Source of the DNA: Promethearchaeota archaeon
GTDB lineage: Archaea; Asgardarchaeota; Lokiarchaeia; Sigyniarchaeales; SOKP01
Reading direction: 5' to 3'
Length of the DNA stretch: 30,103 bases
Assembly: GCA_019057795.1 (NCBI GenBank)
Contig: JAHLWS010000059.1
Location: forward strand, 1-30,103
Shown here: positions 18,869-27,313 of the stretch, in pieces
Numbering within the stretch: the first letter of the stretch is position 1
How the letters are laid out: each line of letters begins with the position of its first letter
Program-made: the position numbers and the translations under genes
Notes under the pieces: generated by a model
What the model was told of the DNA's origin: nothing
What the model saw: the letters and a program-made list of their open reading frames with translations, nothing else
The model's database searches: none

Positions 18869-19223
18869 ATAACTACATGTCCATATGTTAAGCGAGAATT
18901 TGCCATTAACTTCTTCAATATATATAGGTCCAGTTCATCCATAAACAGTAGAAAAAAATATAACTTTCAATAATAGTTTTTCTAATATGGATTTAATCTA
19001 AATTAAATGAAAATATAAGTTTCTTAGGTTTTGAAAAGGATAGGTTTATTGATATCAATTTTTTAATTATTAATTTTGCTCCGTTTTTTTATTAAAATTA
19101 TCATACAATTGATAATCTGTTTGTATTGGGTAATTTTTTATTTAATCAAATACTTGATTGAGTAAAATTAGGTTAATCTTTGAACAAAGATACTGACTAT
19201 TAACTTGAGGATTTTTCCAAGAA

Positions 19224-20414
19224 ATGATAATTACCTTTCCCAATATGGGGCCCAACTGGGTAGCTTTTAAGACTCTATTTACAAGCCTTGGTCTAGATGT
19301 AATTATTCCAGATCCAACGAATCGGGAAGCAATTAAAATCGGAGTCAAGTATTCCCCTGAATTTGTGTGCTTTCCGTTTAAAGCGACTATTGGAGATTTT
19401 GTGAATGCTATAAAAAAGGGAGCAGATACGCTGATCATGGCAATAGATTGCGGACCGTGTAGATTTGGCTTTTACGCGAGCGTCCAAGAACGCATTTTAA
19501 AAGATATGGGTTATAAAGACATCACTGTAATTCCTTTAGACCAAGCAGATCTCTTAGATTTTAAATGGGTCAAAACTCTTCAAGAAGTTAGTGGTCGAAA
19601 AGATTTGTTTATGTATTCAAAATTCGTTAAGGCTGTTATTTTTTTCCTAAAAAAAGCTAAGCTGTTAAACGATATTCAAACTGCCGAAGGTATCTTCCGA
19701 GCTTACGAGCGCAATCAGGGAGATACGACGGATTTAATTAAAAACTTATTGATTAAGCTTGATCAAGCTAATTCGCTCTCAGAATTGAAAAAATTCAAAA
19801 GCGTTATTAAGCAAGATTTTAGCAATTTAGATATTGATAAGACCCGAAATCCTCTACGGGTTGGTGTTTCGGGAGAGATTCACATTAGTTTGGAACCCTA
19901 TGTAAATTTAGATATCCGTAGAAAGCTGGGTGAGATGAACATTGAAGTACACCAGAGCCTGAGCTTATACGATTGGGTTGTCCATAAATTTCATTTAAAT
20001 TATCACAGGAAGTGGTTAGAGCACCTTTCGCGACCTTACGTTCCGATGGATATTGGAGGAGAATGTCAATGGGTGTTAGGCGAATATATAGACAAAGCTA
20101 AAGCGGGTTTCGACGGCTTTTGCCACATTTACCCATTTTTATGCATGCCGGAAGTGACGGCTCGAACGATTATAACTAACAAACTCAAGGGAGTCTACGA
20201 CCTCCCCATTATTTACTTCTCTTTCGACGAGCAGAGCGGATTGGCGGGCTTCAGAACGAGGTTAGAAGCATTCTCTGATTTAATGTATGGTCGTAGGAAC
20301 AAAGAAATTGAAAATAACGCCAAATTCGTAGCAAATGGTAATAAAAAGATTTATCCGCATTATGGCGGTTTATTTTATAATGAATGCTTTCAATTAATTC
20401 AAAATTCGGTTTAA
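19224..20414 (+). CDS. 2-hydroxyacyl-CoA dehydratase D-component-like Fe-S subunit (PlsR-like, 'CoA protein activase')
   Basis: FVCFPFK, CGPCRFGFY, VGVSGEI, YPFLCMPE, FDEQSG.AG..TRLEAF. Confidence 0.85.
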   Translation: MIITFPNMGPNWVAFKTLFTSLGLDVIIPDPTNREAIKIGVKYSPEFVCFPFKATIGDFVNAIKKGADTLIMAIDCGPCRFGFYASVQERILKDMGYKDITVIPLDQADLLDFKWVKTLQEVSGRKDLFMYSKFVKAVIFFLKKAKLLNDIQTAEGIFRAYERNQGDTTDLIKNLLIKLDQANSLSELKKFKSVIKQDFSNLDIDKTRNPLRVGVSGEIHISLEPYVNLDIRRKLGEMNIEVHQSLSLYDWVVHKFHLNYHRKWLEHLSRPYVPMDIGGECQWVLGEYIDKAKAGFDGFCHIYPFLCMPEVTARTIITNKLKGVYDLPIIYFSFDEQSGLAGFRTRLEAFSDLMYGRRNKEIENNAKFVANGNKKIYPHYGGLFYNECFQLIQNSV

Positions 20415-20432
20415 TGAAAAAGGTGAAATTAT

Positions 20433-21458
20433 TTGGTAGAAGTTACTGAAAAAGTTGCTGAAGAGGGGAAAAAAAAAGATGCTTTCCTTGGTATTGACAT
20501 TGGAAGCGTGAGTTGCAAATTTGTTCTAATGGATACAGATGGAAATTTACTTACTAGTGTATTTTTACGAAATAGAGGTTCTCCCATCGACTCAGCCAAG
20601 GCAGGAATGGCAGAGTTACGCTATAACATAGAACAAAGCGAAAATTTAGGCGACTATGAGATACGTTGTTGTGGTACCACAGGTTCGGCACGGTATTTAA
20701 CAAAAGCAATCGTAGGTGCCGATCTCGCTAAAACTGAGATAATAGCCCACGCTGTTGCGGCACAGACCATCTATCCCGATGTAAGAACGATATTAGAAAT
20801 TGGCGGTCAAGATTCGAAAATTATCATTCTACGGGACGGAATAATTGTAGATTTTGCGATGAATTCCGTATGCGCTGCGGGAACGGGTTCATTTCTCGAT
20901 CATCAAGCAGCGAGACTTGGAATTGCTATAGAGGAGTTCGGCGCTTACGCTATAAAATCAAAAAATCCTGTGAGTATTGCGGGAAGATGTACTGTATTCG
21001 CAGAATCCGATATGATTCACAAGCAAAACGCGGGTTACACTAAAGAGGATATTATTGCAGGTTTATGCGATTCACTTGTTCGCAACTATATGAACAACGT
21101 AGGTAAGGGTAAAGACTTAGAAGAACCTATTGTGTTTCAAGGTGGCGTTTCTTACAACGAAGGGATCATTGAAGCATTTGAAAGACATTTAGGTTGCAAA
21201 GTAATTGTTCCTGAATTTAATGTCCTAATGGGGGCTATAGGAATGGCAATTTTAGTTAGAGATTTCTATTTAGAGCACGAACATCAAACTGTATTTCGAG
21301 GACTCGAAGTAGCTGAAATTGAATTCACGACCTCAGCGTTTAACTGCGGAGACTGTCCTAATAATTGCGAAATAGTCCAAGTAAAGATGCCCCAAGAGGG
21401 AAATAAGATTATAGCGCGTTGGGGCTCTCGTTGTGGTAAATGGGACCAAGTAGATTAA
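20433..21458 (+). CDS. ATP-dependent [4Fe-4S] activase (HgdC/BadF-BadG/BcrA-BcrD ASKHA family) with C-terminal Cys motif
   Basis: GIDIGSVSCK, TTGSAR, EIIAH, EIGGQDSK, MNSVCAAGTGSF, RCTVFAESD, and tail CGDCPNNC...GSRC. GGTGA RBS lies upstream of the TTG start. Confidence 0.92.
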   Translation: MVEVTEKVAEEGKKKDAFLGIDIGSVSCKFVLMDTDGNLLTSVFLRNRGSPIDSAKAGMAELRYNIEQSENLGDYEIRCCGTTGSARYLTKAIVGADLAKTEIIAHAVAAQTIYPDVRTILEIGGQDSKIIILRDGIIVDFAMNSVCAAGTGSFLDHQAARLGIAIEEFGAYAIKSKNPVSIAGRCTVFAESDMIHKQNAGYTKEDIIAGLCDSLVRNYMNNVGKGKDLEEPIVFQGGVSYNEGIIEAFERHLGCKVIVPEFNVLMGAIGMAILVRDFYLEHEHQTVFRGLEVAEIEFTTSAFNCGDCPNNCEIVQVKMPQEGNKIIARWGSRCGKWDQVD

Positions 21459-21618
21459 TTTGGAGTTTTATATTCTATTCTTATCTTTTGATATCATAAT
21501 AGTTTGAAAAGTATGATATACTTTATATTTAATAAATGAATATTTGATTAAAATAAGAAAAAACATATCTACTAAAGTTATTAAAATATTGTCCAATTTT
21601 TAATAAAAGAGAAGTAAA

Positions 21619-21813
21619 ATGACAGAATTTTTTAAGCAATTAAAGGACTTGGGCGAGGGATTTCTCGAGTCCTTGCAACATAAAACAAAATTATCGACAA
21701 TATTTGATATTTATTTAGAAAAAGTAATCCCATCATTTGTTTCCGAAAAAGAGTTAAAGGAATATTACGAGAGACGGATGGAGGAAGTTAATAATTTCAT
21801 AGACAAACTATAA
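21619..21813 (+). CDS. Small helical hypothetical protein
   Basis: 64-aa ATG ORF, 14 bp upstream of the next gene, with amphipathic pattern. Confidence 0.6.
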   Translation: MTEFFKQLKDLGEGFLESLQHKTKLSTIFDIYLEKVIPSFVSEKELKEYYERRMEEVNNFIDKL

Positions 21814-21827
21814 ACGAGGGAAAAAAC

Positions 21828-22517
21828 ATGGTTGAAACATCTTCCGAGGAGAATGAAACGAAAGGAAAAGATAAGATGCTTAGTAAGAACCTTATGCAAG
21901 ATATTTTTTACGCAGTTACCAAAGGTTTAGGGAACCTAGGTTTAACGGCATTCGCAGACTTACAAATCCTGGGAAGAGAAAACATTCCTATTATAGGAAA
22001 AGCGATATTAACTACGATAAGCGACAACGCGTTAAGAGACATGGCGATTATAAGTCAAGTTTCTGGACGAAGAATTCATTTTATGGTTCATCATAAACTA
22101 ATGAAGAATCAAATGTATGGTCCCGTTCTTAAATCGTTAGGCATGTTTCGCAGTACCCTCGATAAAGACGATACCGTCCCTATAGATAAGGTGTTCCACT
22201 ATCTTAACGAAGTTGGGGATCTTGTAGCCATGACGCCAGAATCAAAACTTACCCCCGAAATTCAAGTGAAAGCAATGGCGGGAATCATTAAATTTGCGGT
22301 TGCTGGAGAGGCTCCTATAATTCCCATAGCAATATATACGGAAAAAGCGAAAATATTAGGTATGTTTAAATCACAGGGGTTAAGAGTAAAAATCGGGGCC
22401 CCGCTTAAGGTAGAAAAACGATTATCTCGACCAAAATATCGAGATGAGAGATACGAACTCGCTGAGGATATATTAAGAATTATTGATTCCCTTAAACCAC
22501 AACCCGATATTGAATAA
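21828..22517 (+). CDS. Degenerate PlsC/LPLAT-fold protein lacking the catalytic His
   Basis: GRENIP..GKAIL, RRIHFM, MTPES (for FPEG), PIIPIAI, VKIGAP. The HX4D position reads TISDNALRD. Confidence 0.75.
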   Translation: MVETSSEENETKGKDKMLSKNLMQDIFYAVTKGLGNLGLTAFADLQILGRENIPIIGKAILTTISDNALRDMAIISQVSGRRIHFMVHHKLMKNQMYGPVLKSLGMFRSTLDKDDTVPIDKVFHYLNEVGDLVAMTPESKLTPEIQVKAMAGIIKFAVAGEAPIIPIAIYTEKAKILGMFKSQGLRVKIGAPLKVEKRLSRPKYRDERYELAEDILRIIDSLKPQPDIE

Positions 22518-22550
22518 GTATAAAATTAAATATAAAAATGAGGTTTTATT

Positions 22551-22814
22551 ATGGAAAATAGCCAAAGTTCAGAAATGAACGATTTTCAGATAAATTTAAC
22601 CAGCTTAAGCGAAGAATTAGAGCAAAGAAAAGAGGATCTTATAAGAGAATTAAATACCCCTGGAAAAATTGAGAACTCGTCTGAACCAAATGCGGAATTA
22701 GGCGATGTTATAGGAGATATCTTCTATAAATCGATGAAGAACTTCTTTGAAGTAGGGTTTAAACTTGCCGAAAGTTTAAATCTTGAGTTTAGCACAGAAA
22801 ATCAGGACGAGTAA
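22551..22814 (+). CDS. Small acidic hypothetical protein
   Basis: 87-aa ORF with GAGGT RBS; coiled-coil-like N half and DIFY..K motif. Confidence 0.7.
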   Translation: MENSQSSEMNDFQINLTSLSEELEQRKEDLIRELNTPGKIENSSEPNAELGDVIGDIFYKSMKNFFEVGFKLAESLNLEFSTENQDE

Positions 22815-22959
22815 ATTAAAGGTATAAACAAGAAAGAATAGCTCGTCCAAATTTTACAAAATATTAGAGAATAAAAGTTTTAAGTTAGATAAATTGTTTA
22901 GAATTCTCATAATTCTAATTTTTTCATTATAAATTTTATTTGAGCTAATTTTTGTTAAT

Positions 22960-23580
22960 CTATTTAATATAGATCAACCATTCAAACTTTTTCCCTTTAT
23001 AATCACCATCTCCAGTACCTACAAGTTCAAAACCAATATGCTCGTGCCATAGAGCGGAAGCTTTATTCATTAATGGTAGTTTTACTATGAACGCAACTAA
23101 AGGAATGTTTATTTCAACCAACGCTTTCTCCAAAATGGCAGTCCCAACGCCTTTGCGTTGGAATTCTGGTACGATGCTAATTTGGTCCAAATAAGCGAAT
23201 TTTCTTTTTTCGTTAACGAGCAAATCTAAAATTTCTTTATCTTTAATATGGAGATTTTGCAAAGTTTTCCTAATCGTTTTTATGTTAATCTCGTTATTAT
23301 ATATGCTTGCGAAACCAATGACATCTCCGCGTTTATTTTTTGCAATGTAAACCTTCTTATTAACATCTTGAATAAGTTGGGCGTAAAATTCTTCGTCAAC
23401 TTCTTTTCTCAGGAAGCCTCGATCTTCTAACTCTTTTCTTTGTTGATCTGTAATCTCGTCAAAATCGCGTATTTCAATTAAGTTTTGCTTAAGTGCGTTG
23501 TGAATACCTGAAGAATCTCTTAAACTTGCGATTTGAACTATTACTTCCAAGTTTTTTGAATTTACATTTTTATTAACCAT
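22960..23580 (-). CDS. GNAT-family N-acetyltransferase
   Basis: Acetyl-CoA motif A LDQISIVPEFQRKGVG and N..S...HE..GF. Confidence 0.9.
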   Translation of the reverse strand: MVNKNVNSKNLEVIVQIASLRDSSGIHNALKQNLIEIRDFDEITDQQRKELEDRGFLRKEVDEEFYAQLIQDVNKKVYIAKNKRGDVIGFASIYNNEINIKTIRKTLQNLHIKDKEILDLLVNEKRKFAYLDQISIVPEFQRKGVGTAILEKALVEINIPLVAFIVKLPLMNKASALWHEHIGFELVGTGDGDYKGKKFEWLIYIK

Positions 23581-23700
23581 TTAAAACTCACCATAATTTA
23601 CATAAAAGTTTAATAAATGATTGTAATGATCATCCAAATAAAAGAATATTTTAAATTTATAATATATTTAGATTAGATAAAACTTTTCAAGGAAATAAAT

Positions 23701-25095
23701 ATGACAATCTCAACTGAAGAAGAGTATACTTTTAAAGTTACTCTAGTTTTTTGGAAATTTTATGAGCTAGGACTATATTTTGAGCTACCAGAAGTAAGAA
23801 AGTATTTAGAAAAAGAAGGCTCTTTAAAACTATATAAAGATTATCGATGTAAAATCGAAGTTCCCGGACAAGCAAAAAAGTGTAGCCAACCACTAAAGTG
23901 GATTTCAAGTCAATCTATGAAATTTGCTCCCGTTTGCTTTAAGATCGGCGGGTCGGATAGATTTTCTTGCGCTACAGTACCACACGTGCTTGGAAAGATT
24001 AGATTGGAAGGGCACATCCATTATGGTTCAGTTTTGGTAATCCATTGCGAATTAATGTTCGATAATTACCATAAGATTGAGGATTTTATAGAAATATCCC
24101 AACCCTCAAACATGATCCTGGAAAGCACAGGAAGACCTATCACAGAAAAATTCGTAGAAATAAGAGAAAATATTATAATGTTATTAAAAAAAGGAACTTT
24201 TCCAGAAAAGGCAAAATTAGAATCTTCACTAGAACCGTGGCACCATACTTGGCTTATTTGGGACGCAAAACCCGACTTTAACAGAGCAGATTATCGCTTT
24301 ATTGGAAATAATATTGGTAAGAATGCGCGATATTCAATAGGGCTTACTTTAAGAACGGACAAATATCGAGAATTAGATCCTGTGGCGTATCGAGATCAAA
24401 TTAACCTTAAAAATTTATCTCCATATTTAGACGAATTCGTGATGATTACTCACGCGGGAAACGTAATAATCCCGGGACCAGGTCTCATGGATCCCAATTC
24501 TATGAAAAACTTACTTATCGATACACTCTTTGGTCCAGAAGTTGGCAACGTTCAAAGGTTTTTGATCCTCATGCATATGGAAAATATACTAATTGTAGCA
24601 GATAAATTCGATATAGTCATCTCAGAAACCAGAGCTAAAGAAGAAAGCCTGACTTTGACGGAAACAATCGATAGATTAGAAAAACTGGAAACGGAACTCA
24701 ACAGAATAATTCTTGAATTAAATAAAGATATAATAATCTCCAAAATAACTCGCTTATTATTTACTAGTACTTTTAAAACAAGTATGTTTAACGAAATGAT
24801 AGATAAATTAGATGGTTTTAAATTTTCGAAGCAAACTGACGATGTAATCTCCAGAGTCAGGAAAACACTTAATAGACAGAGGAACACACTAAATACAAAA
24901 TCGGCAGCAATAGAAAACAAATTTTTAGCTATTCTAAATTATCTTGCCGTTTTCGAGATAGCGGTTTTAGTTATATCTTTAGCTTTAGGTGATATATTCG
25001 GAGGTACACTTTGGGGTTTTGTCCAGATTGGAGTAGCTATTTCATTTGTTATTGGAGCATTTGCTATATATAGATCGCAAGAAAAAAAACTATAG
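23701..25095 (+). CDS. Hypothetical membrane protein: large soluble domain, helical stalk and two C-terminal TM helices (CorA-like topology)
   Basis: 464 aa; coiled segment (TIDRLEKLETELNRIILEL); terminal hydrophobic hairpin (FLAILNYLAVFEIAVLVISLAL / LWGFVQIGVAISFVIGAFAIY); no GMN motif. Confidence 0.75.
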   Translation: MTISTEEEYTFKVTLVFWKFYELGLYFELPEVRKYLEKEGSLKLYKDYRCKIEVPGQAKKCSQPLKWISSQSMKFAPVCFKIGGSDRFSCATVPHVLGKIRLEGHIHYGSVLVIHCELMFDNYHKIEDFIEISQPSNMILESTGRPITEKFVEIRENIIMLLKKGTFPEKAKLESSLEPWHHTWLIWDAKPDFNRADYRFIGNNIGKNARYSIGLTLRTDKYRELDPVAYRDQINLKNLSPYLDEFVMITHAGNVIIPGPGLMDPNSMKNLLIDTLFGPEVGNVQRFLILMHMENILIVADKFDIVISETRAKEESLTLTETIDRLEKLETELNRIILELNKDIIISKITRLLFTSTFKTSMFNEMIDKLDGFKFSKQTDDVISRVRKTLNRQRNTLNTKSAAIENKFLAILNYLAVFEIAVLVISLALGDIFGGTLWGFVQIGVAISFVIGAFAIYRSQEKKL

Positions 25096-25120
25096 CGTCG
25101 TATAATTCTATTAAACTTAA

Positions 25121-25140
25121 TATTTTTTTTTATTTTTTCC
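25121..25140 (+). terminator. Oligo(T) archaeal-type terminator
   Basis: TATTTTTTTTTATTTTTTCC starts about 25 bp after the stop at 25095. Confidence 0.4.
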
Positions 25141-25249
25141 TAAACAAAACAATTATAAAATTAAAAATAAAAGTTATTTATTAAATCTTTGATTGCTTCT
25201 GAGTGTGAAGTTCTTGAATAATTAAAAATAGAATAATAAAATATATTTT

Positions 25250-25530
25250 GTTTAATATCTTGTTCTTGAAGCCTGAATTCGTAGTTTTGCTTTAGTCCGT
25301 TTTTTATCGTCCTGTAAAATAACATACCGGGTTTTGGAAGGAAGAACTATTTCATATTCTTCTTCTGCGACTGTTGAGTCCTTCTTTAAATGGTCTTAAG
25401 CTCATTAAATCAATACTGATGAGATAGCGCTCTTTCTCTTCTCCGACATTGTCCTGTGTAAAACTCTGGTCTTTAGCATAAGTCTTCTTACCTTTTGCGT
25501 AATATCTTCAAGACGTTATAAAACACCTTT
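25250..25530 (-). pseudogene. Probable decayed gene fragment
   Basis: Visibly more GC-rich than the flanking intergenic DNA. The minus strand has AAAGGTG (RBS-like) followed by ACG TCT TGA, and short protein-like runs in several frames broken by stops. Confidence 0.35.
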
Positions 25531-25737
25531 ACAATATCAAATTATTTGATAATTAAGTTTTAAAATTTATATAGTGTAAGAATTTATATTTTTATTTCTT
25601 AAAAAACCTAATAATAATGGAATAATAAATTAGCGTACTTTTTCCCTCGTTTCATACAAATAATTTTTCGATATTTTAATTAATTAACCATGATATTTTT
25701 AAAATTATAACTAATTAAGTTTTTAGATGAGATTTTT

Positions 25738-26385
25738 GTGTCTAATGATAAATTTTATGAAGAAATATCTGAAGCAATCGTAAGTCTTGACAAAGAAAAA
25801 ACTATTGAATTGGCCAATAAAGCAATTCAAGAAAAAATGAATCTTCTTGAAGTAATAGAGAAAGGTTTTGGAGCGGGGATCCGTCAAATAGGGGTTTTAT
25901 GGGACGAAGGAGAATTTTTTCTGCCGGAATTAATGCTTGGTGGGACTATTATGCAAGAGTCTATGCAGATTCTTTTTCCACACATAGAAACAGAGAGAGA
26001 TAGCATCTCGAATGGAAAAGTGGTAATTGCAACAATAGAAGGAGACATTCACTCAATAGGAAAAACAATTGTCGCTACAATGTTGAGTGCCAACGGTTTT
26101 GAAGTTTTTGATCTAGGCGCTGACGTTCCAGCTGAAAAAATTATAGAAATTGCTGTTGAAAAGAATGCGGATGTCATTGGAGTTTCTGCTCTATTGACTA
26201 CAACTATGATCGGCCAAAAAAAGATAATAGAAATACTCGAAACTAAAGGTATCCGAGACAAATTCAAAGTGATACTTGGGGGTGCTCCAGTTTCTAAAGC
26301 GTGGGTAGATGAGTGCAAAGCAGATGGATTTGCTGGTAGCGCCGTAGAAGCTGTTAATCTAGTCAAGAACCTTTTAAAAATTTAA
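25738..26385 (+). CDS. Corrinoid (B12-binding) protein, MttC/MtbC family
   Basis: Cap domain (G.LWDEGEFFLPEL), DxHxxG motif EGDIHSIGK, DLGADVP, SALLTTTM, GGAP. Confidence 0.93.
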   Translation: MSNDKFYEEISEAIVSLDKEKTIELANKAIQEKMNLLEVIEKGFGAGIRQIGVLWDEGEFFLPELMLGGTIMQESMQILFPHIETERDSISNGKVVIATIEGDIHSIGKTIVATMLSANGFEVFDLGADVPAEKIIEIAVEKNADVIGVSALLTTTMIGQKKIIEILETKGIRDKFKVILGGAPVSKAWVDECKADGFAGSAVEAVNLVKNLLKI

Positions 26386-26411
26386 AAAACGCTTATTTGA
26401 GGTAAATTGCT

Positions 26412-27293
26412 ATGTTATTCCACGATTGGTTAAAAAACGATTCGAAAATCATATTATTTGATGGAGGAATGGGGTCAGAGATATTTAAACATGGAATCAC
26501 GCTAGGAAAGCTTCCCGATACCCTTAATATCGACCAACCGGACATAATTTTTAAGATACATAAATCTTATTACGACGCAGGCGCAGATATGTGCCAAACA
26601 GGTACTTTTGGATCTAGCTTTTTAAATTTGCAAGGCTATAGAATTGAAAGCCAAATTAAAGAGTTAAATGAGAGCGCCTTAAAAAACATAAAAAGAGCGT
26701 GCCCTCCCAATCGTTTAATTGTAGGCGATATTGGCCCATCTGGTGTATTTAGACCTCCAGTAGGAAAAACAACCGCCGACCAATGGGTTTCCAGTTATGT
26801 AAAACAAGTAAATATTTTAGAACAAGGAGTAGATCTCTGGCATATCGAGACTATTTCAGACATTGAAGAAATGGAAGCTGCGATAAAAGCAATAAGAGAG
26901 ATTTCAAAAAAACCCATCATAAGCTCAATGACATACAAAAAAACAAAAAGGGGGTTTTTTACCATTATGGGCGATTCTTTAGAAAAGTGCGTGCGAATAC
27001 AAGAAGATAGAAAAGTTGACGTGATTGGAGCTAATTGTACATTAGGAAGCGATGAAATGATAGGATTAATAAAAGAACTAAAAGAGCTTACTAATAAACC
27101 CATATCGGCAAAACCTAACGCGGGTCAACCAAGAGTCGATCAAAACAATAGAGCCGTTTACGACCAGCCAATAAAGGATTTTGTAAGCGATATTCGCGAA
27201 ATTATTCAAATAGGCGCTAAAATCGTAGGAGGGTGCTGTGGTACGTCTCCTGAAACGATTAAGGAAATCAAAGAAGTTATTAATTCAATATGA
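26412..27293 (+). CDS. Homocysteine S-methyltransferase domain protein (stand-alone MetH N-terminal module)
   Basis: FDGGMGSE, IHKSYYDAGAD, GDIGP, IET, GANC, KPNAGQP, GGCCGTSP (three Zn-binding Cys). Confidence 0.92.
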   Translation: MLFHDWLKNDSKIILFDGGMGSEIFKHGITLGKLPDTLNIDQPDIIFKIHKSYYDAGADMCQTGTFGSSFLNLQGYRIESQIKELNESALKNIKRACPPNRLIVGDIGPSGVFRPPVGKTTADQWVSSYVKQVNILEQGVDLWHIETISDIEEMEAAIKAIREISKKPIISSMTYKKTKRGFFTIMGDSLEKCVRIQEDRKVDVIGANCTLGSDEMIGLIKELKELTNKPISAKPNAGQPRVDQNNRAVYDQPIKDFVSDIREIIQIGAKIVGGCCGTSPETIKEIKEVINSI

Positions 27294-27313
27294 AATAATA
27301 AAGAGATATAAAT

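Noticed and set aside
18866-18973. Amber read-through extending the MRDPKRI ORF (ITTCPYVKREF...)
   Set aside because: The 34-codon extension has no convincing motif and no pyl machinery is visible; it is compatible with chance.
17320-21458. Benzoyl-CoA reductase or classical HgdABC dehydratase call
   Set aside because: Subunit signatures (GIPRAL DUF2229, GPCRFG, Cys-tailed activase) and the lack of CoA-transferase or aromatic-degradation neighbours fit the PlsA/PlsR-like class better. Not fully excluded.
21619-22814. Small acidic proteins as acyl carrier proteins
   Set aside because: Neither has the DSL-type phosphopantetheine attachment motif.
25350-25516. Selenoprotein with UGA at codon 3
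   Set aside because: The start would be ACG, there is no redox motif around the UGA, and no recognisable SECIS was found.
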